Positions 1-11,570 of a stretch of 64,000 nucleotides of DNA are shown piece after piece. Under the pieces are notes generated by a model that saw only the letters and a program-made list of their open reading frames with translations, had not been told where the DNA came from and made no database searches. Location: positions 512,001 through 576,000 of the forward strand of contig CBDCCI010000002.1 in NCBI GenBank assembly GCA_965214705.1. The letters run 5' to 3'. The translations under genes were made by a program, and so were the position numbers. Origin of the DNA: Alphaproteobacteria bacterium. Its GTDB lineage: Bacteria; Pseudomonadota; Alphaproteobacteria; UBA828. Numbering within the stretch: the first letter of the stretch is position 1; every line of letters starts with the position of its first letter.

Positions 1-860
1 GGCGACGGAAAGACCCAACGGCCGGTCCGCGCGATGCCGTCGAGGACGGCCCGCGCGGGCGCGGACAGCCAGACGGTCCTCGGTCCGGTCTTGGAGTCGC
101 GCAGGAACAGGCGGCCCTCGCGGTAGTCGGACCAGCGGAGCGTCAGGATCTCGCTCTTGCGGCATCCGGTCAAAAGGAGCAGGCGGATCGCGGCGACCTG
201 CCCCGGACACGCCTCGGCGTGCGCCGACAGCACCCGGGAGAGCCTCCGGATCTCGTCGTCCGACAGGACCCGCTCGCGCCCCTTGCGGCGGTATCGCCGG
301 ATGCCCCGGCAGGGGTTGGAGCCCTCGGGCCGCAGCCCCATCCGTTCCGCCCCCTTCATGACGACGGAGAGGATCGGCATGGACCTGTCGGCGGCGGCCG
401 GCGTGGCGGCCAGCGAGGCGAACCAGTCGCGCACCGCGCGCCGGTCGATATCGGCGACATTGCGCCCCGCGAAATGGGGCATGATCTGCTTGCGGAGGTA
501 GCCCCGGTTGACAGCGAGCGTGCGCGGCTTCCATGTCCGCTCGTACTGCCGGAATACGGTCTCCGCGACGGCCTCGAAGAGCGCCTCCTCGGGACGGGGC
601 GGCGCGGTGTCGCCCCGCCCGATCGCGGCCAGCATCCCGCTCGCGCGCGAGCGCGCCTCGATCACGCCGACCGCCTCGGCGTCGCCTATGATCTTCCACA
701 CTCGTTTGCCGCGATGCTGGCAGTGGACGAAGAAGCGCTTGCGGCCCGAGGGCAGCACCCGGACGCCGAAGCCCTTGAGCTTGCCGTCGCGGACGTCGTA
801 GGCGGCCTTGCGGGGCTTCAGCGCCCCGATGCGGGCGTCGGTGAGGTTGGTTTTGGGCAT
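1..860 (-). CDS. Tyrosine recombinase/integrase with N-terminal arm-binding domain (runs off window edge)
   Basis: Hand translation from ATG at 860: MPKTNLTDARIGALKPRKAAYDVRDGKLKGFGVRV...LLLLTGCRKSEI...DSKTGPR; paralogous to 25734 and 36655 integrases. Confidence 0.85.
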   Translation of the reverse strand, partial: MPKTNLTDARIGALKPRKAAYDVRDGKLKGFGVRVLPSGRKRFFVHCQHRGKRVWKIIGDAEAVGVIEARSRASGMLAAIGRGDTAPPRPEEALFEAVAETVFRQYERTWKPRTLAVNRGYLRKQIMPHFAGRNVADIDRRAVRDWFASLAATPAAADRSMPILSVVMKGAERMGLRPEGSNPCRGIRRYRRKGRERVLSDDEIRRLSRVLSAHAEACPGQVAAIRLLLLTGCRKSEILTLRWSDYREGRLFLRDSKTGPRTVWLSAPARAVLDGIARTGRWVFPS

Positions 861-973
861 ATCCTCTCTCCCGGTTGCGATTGCAGCCGGGGAACCGGGC
901 GTTGACCGATCCGTCCGGATGCAACAAGATGCGGAAGAAAAAGCGACCCTTAGTCAGATAGTTAGCACCGCAG

Positions 974-1909
974 GTGCGCCGTCAGGTGTGCGTGGCCGAC
1001 CGGGGGATGCTGAGCGCCGACAACCTCGACGCCATGGACGCGATGGACAACGAGTACGTCGTGGGCGCGCGGCTGCGCAAGCTGCCGGCTGCACTGAAGA
1101 AGCAGGTTCTCGACCTGGACGCCTATGGCCCGCTGGAGGGCTCGCAGAGCCGCCAGGTCGGCGAATGGGAGCACAAGGGCCGGCGCCTGATCGTCGTCTG
1201 GTGCCCCGAGCGGGCGCGCAAGGACGCACACGAGCGCCGCAAAGCGGTGGAGCGCCTGCTCGACAAGCTCGAGCGCAGCGACAATCCGAAGGAGCTGCTC
1301 TCCAATCATGGCGCCAAGCGCTTCATCGCCGTCGAGGGCGACGCGCGGCTCACCGTCAACCCGGAGAAGATCGCCGAAGCGGAACGGTGGGACGGGTTGG
1401 CCGGCGTCATCACCAATCTGCGCGACGCGAGCGTCACCGAAGTGCTGTCGCACTACCATGGGCTGTGGCAGGTCGAGGAGAGCTTCCGCATCACCAAGCA
1501 CGATCTCCGGGTACGACCGATCTGGCACTGGACCCCGGCTCGGATCCGCGCCCACATCGCCATCTCCTTCATGGCCTTCGCCTGCGTCCGCCACCTTGCC
1601 TACCGCGTCGCCGTCCAGAAGCGCCGGATGTCCCCGGAAGTCATCCGCTCCGCGCTCGTTCACCGGCAATGTTCGATCCTGCGCTGCCAGCAGACAGGCA
1701 ACCGCTACGTCATCCCATCGAAGCCAACGCCGAAGGCGGAAATGATCTACGCAACCATGGGGCTGCCCCTGACGACCACCCCGTACCAGCTCGCCTGAGC
1801 GCCCGACGAACCCCGGCACGGCGTCGCAGCTCCATCAAATGTTGTGCCTAGCCAGAAATGAGAACCGGGGAATATCAACTACTTACGAAAACAAACCGTC
1901 GAAGTCAGG
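974..1909 (+). mobile_element. IS1634-family remnant (C-terminal transposase 974-1798 plus right end)
   Basis: ADRGM and WQVEESFRITKHDLRVRPIWHW..RIRAHIAISF motifs; N-terminus missing; end ...gtcgaagtcagg at 1909 truncates the neighbouring gene. Confidence 0.8.
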
Positions 1910-2212
1910 AAAGAATTCCTCGCTGGCGACGAAGTCCCGATTTGCAGCCAGTGTTCCAGCACTGCCGAGCAGAGCGGGCTCGTAGCTCAGCCGAACCGCC
2001 GGCGGCCGACGTCGGCGCGCCACATGCGCCTCGACCTGATCGGCGAGGTGGTGAAGGTTGACGAGAACATCGCTGACTCCGGCACGGAGCATTGCATCGA
2101 GCCAAATGTCGACCATCGCGATGCCGCCGATCGTCAGGAGACACTTGGGGGTTTGGTCGGTCAGCGGACGCATCCTGGTGCCGAGCCCCGCCGCCAGAAG
2201 AAATGCCTTCAT
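1910..2212 (-). pseudogene. Sugar-phosphate nucleotidyltransferase, 3'-truncated
   Basis: MKAFLLAAGLGTRMRPLTDQTPKCLL signature; only ~100 aa before the IS end. Confidence 0.85.
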
Positions 2213-2782
2213 GACCTAACCCTCTTGCGCAGGAAATATTGGTAGAGAATCTCACGCAACTTCTCGGCAGCGGAAAAGCCGAGCGGTGCACGGAATGCGA
2301 ATGCGGTGATCGCCGGCACGCTGCCCACGTACGCCAGCCGCCGGGCATTGAGCCTCAATATCGCGACCTCGGCCAGGAACCAGTCTCTCCCCCCGCGGCG
2401 CGCGGCCAAGGACCGGGCATCGGCTCTCAGCAGAGGCGCCCGGGAACCGAAAATACGCTTGCCGTGGATGAGCATCTTGATCCACAAGCAATAATCCTCC
2501 ATCTCCGCCATTCTCGTCGGATAGCCGCCGACAGCCAGAACGTCGTCAATTCGGAACGCGCAGCAATTGCCGTTTACAGGGTTGCGGAAAAAACTGTAGA
2601 GATTCCAGGGTCCAATAGTCCCGCTAGGCACGCGCTTGAGCAACTCCAATCCGTCCTCCTTGATTTCCAGAACCGGGGCGGACGTGGCCGAGATCGCGCG
2701 ATCCTCCAGGATCCGGGCCTGCTCGGCAAACCGCTCCGGCAAGCTGACATCGTCGGTATCGGCCCGAAACACGATCTCACCT

Positions 2783-4116
2783 CACTAGTGTCCCAACGTT
2801 TTCGAAGCTGGTGCGGTTAACAGATTGATATTCGTTCGAGAAATCCTGTTCAAGGGAGTCACCGACTTGAGACCGTAGCGCCGGTTCGGCACGCTTTTCC
2901 TGTCCAACATGTATCAGGAGAGGATGGCGGATGTATTCTGGCAAGCTGGTCTTCGCGCAAATCGTGGATCACCTACCCTGGCACAGTTTCCGTCGCTGCG
3001 TGGCCCGTTACAACGGAAACCGCAAGATCAAGTCGTTCACCTGCGCGGATCAGTACCGATGCATGGCCTTCGCTCAGCTCACTTATCGGGCCAGCTTGCG
3101 CGACATCGAGACCTGCCTGCGCGTTCAACCCACAAAGCTCTATCACATGGGGATCCGTGGCAGGGTCTCGCGCAACACCCTCGCCAATGCCAACGCCGTT
3201 CGCGAATGGCAGATCTACGCCGACTTCGCTCAACATCTCATCCACATCGCCCGAAACCTCTACGCCGACGACAATACGCTCGGCCTTGATCTTGATAACA
3301 CCGTCTATGCCCTCGACTCCTCGACAATCGACCTCTGCCTGTCGCTGTTCCCGTGGGCTCCGTTCCGCAAGACAAAGGGCGCCGTCAAGCTCCACACCCT
3401 GCTCGACCTGCACGGCCACATCCCCGCCTTCATCCACATCTCCGACGGAAAACTCCACGACGTCAATGTGATGGACATGCTGCTGCCGGAGGCCGGAGCC
3501 TTCTATATCATGGACCGGGCCTACCTCGACTTCAGCCGTCTCCATCACCTGCATCACAGTGGCAGCTTCTTTGTCCTGCGCGCGAAATCCAACACCAAGC
3601 TCCGCCGCCTCTACTCCCGCCCTGTCGATCGCACCCGCGGTCTCATCTGCGATCAGGTCGTACGGCCAAGCGGCGTCAACAGCGCGACCGATTATCCCGA
3701 CAAGCTACGGCGGATCCGGTACCGAGATGCCGAGCGCGACAAAACCCTCGTCTTCCTCACCAACAACTTTGTTCTGCCGGCTCTGACGATCGCCGAACTC
3801 TACCGTGCCCGCTGGCACATCGAGTTGTTCTTCAAATGGATCAAGCAGCACCTCCGGATCAAGTCCTTCTTCGGCACCTCGGAGAACGCGGTGAAGACCC
3901 AGATCTGGATCGCGGTGTCGGTCTATGTCCTGGTCGCCATCATCCGCAAGCGGCTGAAGCTGGAGCAGAGCCTCTACACAATTCTACAGATCCTGAGCCT
4001 TACGGTGTTCGAGAAAACGCCTCTCTATCAACTGTTTGACCCAGAGGGCCTGCAAATCGGCCAACTAGACCACCCTAACCAATTGAACTTATTCCGCTAA
4101 CGTTGGGACACTAGTG
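2783..4116 (+). mobile_element. IS4-family element, intact
   Basis: Perfect 18-bp IR cactagtgtcccaacgtt; 9-bp TSD atctcacct at 2774-2782 and 4117-4125. Confidence 0.95.
2931..4100 (+). CDS. IS4-family transposase
   Basis: 389 aa; ALDSSTID, IMDRAY and YRARWHIELFFKWIKQ (YREK) motifs. Confidence 0.95.
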   Translation: MYSGKLVFAQIVDHLPWHSFRRCVARYNGNRKIKSFTCADQYRCMAFAQLTYRASLRDIETCLRVQPTKLYHMGIRGRVSRNTLANANAVREWQIYADFAQHLIHIARNLYADDNTLGLDLDNTVYALDSSTIDLCLSLFPWAPFRKTKGAVKLHTLLDLHGHIPAFIHISDGKLHDVNVMDMLLPEAGAFYIMDRAYLDFSRLHHLHHSGSFFVLRAKSNTKLRRLYSRPVDRTRGLICDQVVRPSGVNSATDYPDKLRRIRYRDAERDKTLVFLTNNFVLPALTIAELYRARWHIELFFKWIKQHLRIKSFFGTSENAVKTQIWIAVSVYVLVAIIRKRLKLEQSLYTILQILSLTVFEKTPLYQLFDPEGLQIGQLDHPNQLNLFR

Positions 4117-4164
4117 ATCTCACCTGTGAAGTGGATCAGTCCGTCATTCAGATCGAGGCCAACA

Positions 4165-4191
4165 TTCTTCTTCTTCTTCTTCTTCTTCTTC
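4165..4191. repeat. (TTC)9 microsatellite giving a poly-Lys tract in the GT2 gene
   Basis: ttc x9 read directly; translates as QKKKKKKKKN on the minus strand. Confidence 0.9.
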
Positions 4192-4469
4192 TGAATTACC
4201 TTCAACGGAAGACGCTGCTTCCAGTGATCGATGACTCTATGCAGTTCCGCTCGGACCTCGCCATCCAAAACCAGAACAATCTCGTCGGCCGGACGGGTTT
4301 GTGCCGCCAACGACGCAAAGTAGGCGTCCAGCCTGTCCGGTCTTTCACCGTCATACGTGACAGACAGAACGGATGTCTTCACCGAACCTCACCCATCTCC
4401 ACAGACCGCATCGCCCGCCCCACCGCCTCCACAGTCTCCAATATCCAAGGTTAGATTTCCTGACCTCGT

Positions 4470-5834
4470 GGCACAAGCGGCTTTGCCCATGCGGTTCGAG
4501 CCGCTTGCAAAATTCCGCATCTGGATCGTGCCGACCATCAAGGCTTCGTTGAGAATCAGCACCGAGCCGCCCAAGGCCTTGCGCGCTTCCCCCGTCTTCT
4601 CCGGCGGGGCGATGCCGTCGCTCACGTCGCGGTAGCGCGTGAGGAACCATTGCAACGTGCGGGCCGGGATATCGGCTTCGCCTTCGAGCACGCGCGCGGC
4701 GCTGGCCGAGGGAGCCAGTCCGACGATTTGCCGCTCGCCCGCCAATTCTGCCAGTCGCGCAACATGGTGGGGTCTTGCCGGAGCCCGCATGGCCTTGCAC
4801 CCCGACCGTGACATGAGGCGAGAGCAGGATTCCGCGTACGGCATCGCGCTGGCCGGGATTCAGCCCTGCCGCGTCCAGCCTGGCCTCGACCGCCTCTGCC
4901 GGCGCCAGGCTTCGTCCGGCGTCAAGCCCCTCGCGCATGCCGGCGATAATCTCGCGCTCGGCGTTGCGTGCCCGGTCGGTGACGAAGGCGAGGTCGCCCC
5001 TCCGCGCCGTCGCTTCGATCAGGTGTCCGTCGCGCCGGAGCTGGGCGATACCGGCGTCCAGCGCTTCGAGCGAGTGCCGCCCGCCCCCGTGCGCCAGCGC
5101 CCAGGCGCGCAGGTCGTTGGCCGGGATCACCGTGCGCCGCTCCTCCAGGTGCTCGACCGCCTGCCGCGCCACCGACAGCGCCGACGGAGGCGCTCGCGCC
5201 TCGCTCGGGGGAAAGGCCGATGCGCTGACCCCGTTGCGGCCCCTAGCGATGTCCCGGTCGAGCGCCGGGCCGAGCTCCTGCGCCCGTTCCTTCCATGTCT
5301 GGTGCAGAACCTGCCGAACCGGCTCCGCCTTGCGCCGCCGCGTGTAGAGCGCTGCCTGCTGCGTCCTGGCGGGGGTGTTCTCCCAGCCTCGTTCAAGCAT
5401 GTAGTCCAGAAGCTCCCGGCGTCGGGTCGAGAACGCGTCCAGCATCGGCTTGCCGCAGCCCGCGATCTCGGACCCCGGCATCCGGCCCACAAGCGTCGGC
5501 ACCGTGGCGTAGCCGATCTTCTCCAGCCCCGTGCGCAACTCGTTGCGGTAGTAGGCGCCGATCAAGCGCTTCGAGCGTTCCACGGCGGTGAACTCGGCGC
5601 TACTCCACTCCACTCCCCGTTCCGGCCGCGCGTCATGTTGGCGAGCACCGCGTGCGTGTGCAGTTGCGGGTCGAGGTTGCGGCTGGCCAGGTGGCGGAAG
5701 GTCGCCGCCGCCATGCCCTGCGCCTGCACCCGAGGCCTTCGCCCGGTCGCCGGATCGAAGCTCCGGGTCTGGAGCAGCTCGTTCTCGATGAAGCCCAGCG
5801 TCCTCGCGCTCCTCGACCGAATTCTGGCTGCCAC
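4470..5834 (-). pseudogene. MobF/TrwC relaxase-helicase fragment, frameshifted
   Basis: HLASRNLDPQLHTHAVLAN (HUH motif III), FSTRR, Walker A GVQGHAGSGKT, VGLAPSASAA, spread over three frames. Confidence 0.85.
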
Positions 5835-5853
5835 AGCGGCTTGTCTGTGCCGG

Positions 5854-6972
5854 GCCTACGGTTCACGAATTGAGCCATAACAAGTAGAGCAGGCCGTCAC
5901 CATATGCTTGACCGGCTAGCCGCGCGGGCCGATGCCCGAGCCGGCAGCATCCGGACGTGTCTGCTTCCCCTGCGCGGCCAAAGCGGATATCGTCGATGCG
6001 TTGGATGCAGCGGGGAGGACTGTCGATGGGCCGTCAAGTTCAGACGAGAGGCGACTGCGTCTACTGTGGCAGAGAGATGACGGCCAACAGATCGACACGC
6101 CATATGCAGAGCTGTGCCGAGCGGCGCAAGGCCATTGAACAGGCGGACGGTGCCGGTGAAACGGCCCAGGTCATGTTCCACCTCAAGGTGCAGGACTCGG
6201 ATGGATTGGGGTACTGGCTCCATCTTGAAATGTGCGGCAGCGCGATTTTGGACGATCTGGACCATTACTTGCGCAAGATCTGGCTGGATTGCTGCGGTCA
6301 TCTGAGCGCGTTCAGCATTCAGGGAGCGCAATACAGGCAGCTCTTTGTCGATTCAGTCTACTTCGAGGACGAACCCGCAATGGATGTCAGCGCTGACTAG
6401 GTATTCACGACGGGGCTGGAGATGTCCCACAAGTATGACTTCGGGTCGACCACCGAACTGGTGATTAGGGTGGTCGGCCAGCGCCGGGGCAAACCGACTA
6501 CGGAGCATCCCATCGCATTGATGGCCCGCAACAAACACGAGCCATTTCAGTGCGAGATCTGCAAAAGACCCGCGCAATTCATGTGCCTTGATTGCCACTA
6601 CGAGGGCGATGGAAAATCGGCGGGTTACATATGCGGGAACGACGCCGTTGCGCACGAGGGCCACGAAGACCACGGCGGCCTGATGCCGATCTTCAATTCA
6701 CCGAGAACCGGGATCTGCGCCTATAGCGGTCCGGCGGAACCACCCTATTGAACCGGGTGTCGGCGCTCGCGGAACGTCCCGCTATCGCGACAACTTAGAT
6801 TGATATCCGTTCCGGGCATTCGGACCGAAGTCGAATCGTCCCAAGGGTCAACGACATTCGCAGTTACATGAGCTTATCGCGGATTATATAGCGGCATGCC
6901 ACGCTAAGAACACAATCCAGCAATCCCCCTGACTTCGACGGTTTGTTTTGGCTCAATTCGTGATCTGTAGGC
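5854..6972. mobile_element. Segment bounded by 30-bp imperfect inverted repeats, no transposase
   Basis: gcctacggttcacgaattgagccataacaa (5854-5883) vs reverse complement of 6943-6972, 3 mismatches; no TSD seen. Confidence 0.5.
6026..6751 (+). pseudogene. pRiA4b ORF-3/TnpR-like Cys-rich protein with in-frame TAG at 6398-6400
   Basis: CVYC, LRKIWLDCCGHLSAF, YDFGSTTEL, CEIC..CLDC, NSPRTGIC; the two ORFs are in the same frame. Confidence 0.7.
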
Positions 6973-6975
6973 ATG

Positions 6976-7110
6976 AGCGGCCAGTTCACCAGCTTTGCCT
7001 TCACCGGGCGCCTGCAGGCGGCCGGCATCCGCATTTCGATGGACGGCCGGGGCCGATGCATGGACAACGTCTTCATCGAGCGGCTGTGGCGCTCGATGAA
7101 GTACGAGGTC
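6976..7110 (+). pseudogene. IS3-family transposase core fragment (repeated at ~48395-48530)
   Basis: QFTSFAFTGRLQAAGIRISMDGRGRCMDNVFIERLWRSMKYE. Confidence 0.8.
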
Positions 7111-7734
7111 GGAGCGACGTCTGCGACCGTGTTCTCGTCCACGCCGTGCAGGCGGACCAGGGGTCGAGGACCACGAGGCGCGGTACGATGCGCTCCACGG
7201 TCTCCATTCCTGCGACGCCGCGATCCGCGGCCACGTCTTCTGCTCGTTTCTGGGTGTTGTCTCCCGCACTACTTAACGCTGGATTTCCCGGATTATTTGA
7301 CGTGATCGCTGCCCGGATTTCGCAGATTGTTCGGTCTTTTCCGGATCGATGCGTAGGTGCTCATAGTGTCTGCGGGCGGTTCGGGCTCGCTGTCTGATTG
7401 AGTTGATGCGCCTTCTGACCTGACCGCCCCCCCCCTTCGGGTCCATCCCTGTCATGCCCGCACGCCCCTCGACGACGGGGGCGCGGAGAGCCACGTTCTC
7501 GTCGCGACGCAGGCGCCGAAATGCACCCGCAACGCTCATGCTTCGTGGAAAAGTACCCCGCCCGCGGCGCTCATGCGCGAGTCGACATGCACGCTCGCCC
7601 GATAGTTCACGCTATATTCGTGCCGTGCCCCTCCTCCTTTCCACCCCAGCCTCCCAACACAAACAGCCCGCGCACAGGACTTTGCAAGGGGCTCTCTTGA
7701 ACACTGAAAGAAGTGATCGTGCATAGACGGCCGC

Positions 7735-8853
7735 TCAGATGCTTGAGTACAATGCTTGATAGCGCTGTGACATTCTTTCCGCCGAGTACTTCTCTATGGT
7801 TCGTTTCCTGATTTGGTCCCTCGGCAGATTCACGATAGTTGCCAAATAGTCCGTCAATCTACTTGCAACTGCATCGGGGGAATCGGACAAGGAGAAAATC
7901 TCTACGCTTCCGGGCGGCATTTCATCCTTTAATTCGAGATGCGGCTCTATGTCAATGTCGGAAAGCACACAAGGAAGTCCCATTGACAACGCCTCCAATA
8001 CGGAACTTGGCAATCCTTCTCCTAAGGACGCACTCATGAAAAACTCGGAGTCACGCAAGTACTTGTATTCATCGTCTTCACCCAGATGCCCGACAAACGA
8101 TATTTCGCTGCCTTCGTAACTTGCAAGATCACTGTATTCCGGCCCGTCCCCAACAACGGTCAGTCGTGCAATGCCGTTATCCAGTCCCTTGAAAACCTCG
8201 CATAAATACCGAACATTCTTCCGAGGAATCAGCCGACCTACCGTCACGCCTCTGAAGTTGGCAACTTCTCTTACACGCGCGTTGACGATATTTGGGGGCA
8301 GTTTTACTCCAGTCGGGATTACCAAAGCATCCTTCATGCCATAGCGTTGTTCATAGTCAAACTTCATTGAATTTGAACAGCATACTACGTTATCGCATTT
8401 TCTCAGAGCTCGTACATGGCTTCTTGCCATGTACGTCCCAAGATACCTCCCGAACTCCAGGGGATAGTCTATATCGGGAATGTTATGGCAGGTTGTAATC
8501 CAGTTGGCAGGCTGGTGTAATTTCGATACAAGTGAGTCGCTTCGCCAGCCGGAACTGTGCATCAGGTCTGGTTGGGCTAATTTAATTACGTCTCGAAAGC
8601 GTTTCATCAGTAGGAATAGACCGAGCGTTCTACTCAGATTAATCGGGTATACCTTAACTGGTAGACGTTTAACTTGACCAACGAGAGAGTCATCGTTCCT
8701 TTCAGGAGAAAGAGTTATTATGGACACGTCGAATTTTGCATAATCGATATACCTCAAGATATTTGCTAGCTGAATAGATGGACCGCATCTCCAAAGTGTC
8801 GACAGCACATAAGCAACTTTGATTTTTCTGAGAGTATTGGAACGGGCTGTCAT
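7735..8853 (-). CDS. GT4 glycosyltransferase (lower GC than surroundings)
   Basis: VGRLIPRKN, VVGDGP, SLGEGLPSSVLEALSMGLPCVLSD; probable ATG at 8853. Confidence 0.9.
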   Translation of the reverse strand: MTARSNTLRKIKVAYVLSTLWRCGPSIQLANILRYIDYAKFDVSIITLSPERNDDSLVGQVKRLPVKVYPINLSRTLGLFLLMKRFRDVIKLAQPDLMHSSGWRSDSLVSKLHQPANWITTCHNIPDIDYPLEFGRYLGTYMARSHVRALRKCDNVVCCSNSMKFDYEQRYGMKDALVIPTGVKLPPNIVNARVREVANFRGVTVGRLIPRKNVRYLCEVFKGLDNGIARLTVVGDGPEYSDLASYEGSEISFVGHLGEDDEYKYLRDSEFFMSASLGEGLPSSVLEALSMGLPCVLSDIDIEPHLELKDEMPPGSVEIFSLSDSPDAVASRLTDYLATIVNLPRDQIRKRTIEKYSAERMSQRYQALYSSI

Positions 8854-8990
8854 GGGCCTTACTGTCCGTTCTATGGTATAGGTGGCAATGCCGGCTGCTG
8901 GGTGGGGATTGTCTGTCGCGCTGCGGCGCGGAACGAGCGAAGCTGATTTGAGCGGCCACGCATGGCGAACCTGACACACCCTGACAGACT

Positions 8991-11570
8991 CAGACTTCCT
9001 GACCTCTTGATGACAGCTGTCCCGGCCCGCGCGCCGGGAACTCCCTGAATTTCGTTATTTTTCGGCTGTTTCAGGCGGGTTTTCGGTGGCCGTCGCGTTG
9101 AACGTCTGGTATTTTAAGTTGACACCATATACGCGGTCTCAGCCATGCCCATTACCCTCCCAATGTGCCCCCCAGAGACGGTTCCAATCGGCAACAGCTG
9201 CTTCGCCGTCCTGATCTCGGACGACAGCTTCACCTACTTTTCCAACCTCAATCCCTTTGACAGCCACGCTGCGGATGACCGCGCGGCCATGCTCTTGCGG
9301 ATCGGCCGCCTCGCGGCGATCGGCGCGGTCTCGCCGCTGGATCTGGCCGACGCTTTCGGTGTCTCGCGGGCAACGGTGCAGCGCGCACGACGGCGCTACC
9401 TTGCCGAGGGCGAAGCGGCGTTTCTGAAGCCCCGGCGCGGTCGCGGACCGTCGGTGTTCACGCCGGAGTTGGCGGCGAAGGCGACGGCGTTGCTGGAAGG
9501 GGGCCTGAGCGGCTCTGCGGTGGCCCGGGTTCTCGGCGTGTCGGCGCCGTCGGTCAACAAGTGGCGCCGCCAGGGGCTGATCGGCAATGCGGAGGCGGAT
9601 CGGGCGCCCGGAAGCTCAGCGGTGCCTGTGCCGCCTGACGCGGGTGCGGCGCCTGAAGGCCGTGTCGATGAAGGGAGTGCCGGTGCCCTCGGGCCGGGGA
9701 CGGGGCTGGAAGCGCAGCCGCCGACGGATCGCAGCGCGCGCGACCGGCGGGACCGGCAGGCGCCGATGGGCCGTGCGGCCTGCGATGTCCCGGCGCGGGT
9801 ATTGGCCAGCTGCGGGCAGACGGGGCCGGTCGAACCGCAGTTCACCGCCGCCGCCTGCGGTGTCCGCTTCGGCGGCGTTCTCGCCGCCCTGCCGACCCTG
9901 CTGAAGGAAGGCCTGCTTTCCGAGACCGGCCTCCTGCCGTTGCTGCCGAAGGGCTATTACGGGCTGAACACGATCCTGCTCTTCCTGGCCTTCATGACCC
10001 TGGCGCGGGTGCGCAACCCCGAGAGCCTGCGCTACCAGGCGCCGGGCGAATGGGGCGCCGTTCTCGGCCTCGACCGCTGCCCCGAGGTCAAGACGCTGCG
10101 GCGCAAGATCGCGCTCATGGCCGACGACGAGGCCGGCGTGCGGGCCTGGCAGCTCGCCCTTGCCAGGCGCTGGCAGGCCGACGAGCCGGCGCTCTGGGCG
10201 ACGCTGGCCGTCGACGGGCACGTCAAGGTCTACACCGGGCGCAAGGGCCGCCTGCCCAAACACTTCGTCTCGCGCGAGAAGCTCTGCCTGCCGGCGAGCG
10301 CGAGCTACTGGGTCAACGCCCTGGGCGGCAAACCCCTGCTCTGCGTGCACAAGCCGCTGGACCCGAAGATGGTCGCCGCCATCGAAGCCGACGTGGTGCC
10401 GGCACTGCAGGCGCTCGGGATCGTCGGCGCCGGGGCGCCCGACCTGAGCGCTGAGCAGCCCGGCCGGCCCGCGCTCACCCTGGTCTTCGACCGCGAGGGC
10501 TGGAGCCCGGATCTGTTCCGCCGGCTGGCCAGGCGCGGCATTGCCTGCCTGACCTGGCACAAGAACTTCGGCGGCGAGGACTGGCCGGCCTCAGACTTCA
10601 GCGCGATGACCGTTCCCATTTATGGACCGGCGGCGAACGGCAGCGCCACCATGCGGCTGGCCGAGAAGCCGGTGACACTGACGAACGGCCTCAGGGTGCG
10701 CCAGATCCGCCGCCTGCTCGACAATGGCCGTCAGGTTCCGCTGATCACCACCGACCCGCACAAGCCGATGACCGAGGCCGCAGGTGCCATGGTCTCGCGC
10801 TGGTCGCAGGAAAACTTCTTCAAGTACAGGCGCGACGAGTTCAATCTCGACGCCCTGCCGACCCGCGAGCTTGAGCCGCTCGATCCCGACACCATGGTCG
10901 TCAACCCGCTGCGGCGGGCCTATGACAAGGCAGTCCGCAACCTGGACCGCCAGCTTGGCCGCCTGCGCAACCGCATCGCCGATGCGGCCCGGAAAAAGCG
11001 GCCCACGGCGGACCTCAGAAAGGAACTCAGGGACCTCGAGGGCGGCCGCGAGATCGTCAGGTCCAGCCGCAGGGAGGTGCCCACGCACTGCCGGGCCGGC
11101 GACCTCGACGAAGCCGAGCAGCTCGATGCCTTGCCCGCGCGCGAGCGCCTCCTCCTCGACGTCATCCGGGTGATCGCCTACCGCGCCGAAACCCGCATGA
11201 TGCTTCCCGTCATGCAGGCGCAGGGCCGCAAGCCCCATCCCCGGAAACTGCTTCGCGCGCTGCTCACCGCCGATGCCGACATCCTGCCGGACCCTGCCAA
11301 CGGCGTCCTGAGGGTCCGCATTCTCGGCCTCGCAAATGACGCCTGCGACCGCCAGCTCGATCCTCTGCTGGCCGAGCTCAACGCCACCGAAACACTCTTT
11401 CCCGGGACCCAACTGCGCATGGTCTATGACGTCGACGGAGCCCCGGAATCCGCGCGGCTCGTGTCACCCAAAATCAGCAGAGGTCAGGAAGTCTGGGTCT
11501 ATGACGTCGACGGAGCCCCGGAATCCGCGCGGCTCGTGTCACCCAAAATCAGCAGAGGTCAGGAAGTCTG
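8991..11570 (+). mobile_element. Large DDE-like transposon (unclassified), copy 1
   Basis: IR cagacttcctgacctct / agaggtcaggaagtctg; homologous to 51094-53628; no TSD here. Confidence 0.85.

Larger units (their letters stand above)
2209..4382 (-). pseudogene. GT2 glycosyltransferase (AmsE-like) split by IS4
   Basis: N-half SVLSVTY..QTRPADEIVLVLDG (4117-4382) joins C-half GEIVFRADTDD..EDYCLW (2209-2782) after removing the IS and one TSD. Confidence 0.85.
6892..8990. repeat. ~2.1-kb diverged direct repeat, copy 1 (copy 2 at 48311-50418)
   Basis: Colinear sequence from cggcatgccacgctaag through the GT4 gene and its upstream region. Confidence 0.9.

Noticed and set aside
11421-11570. CRISPR-like repeat
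   Set aside because: Only two adjacent copies with no spacer; no cas genes or arrays seen in the window
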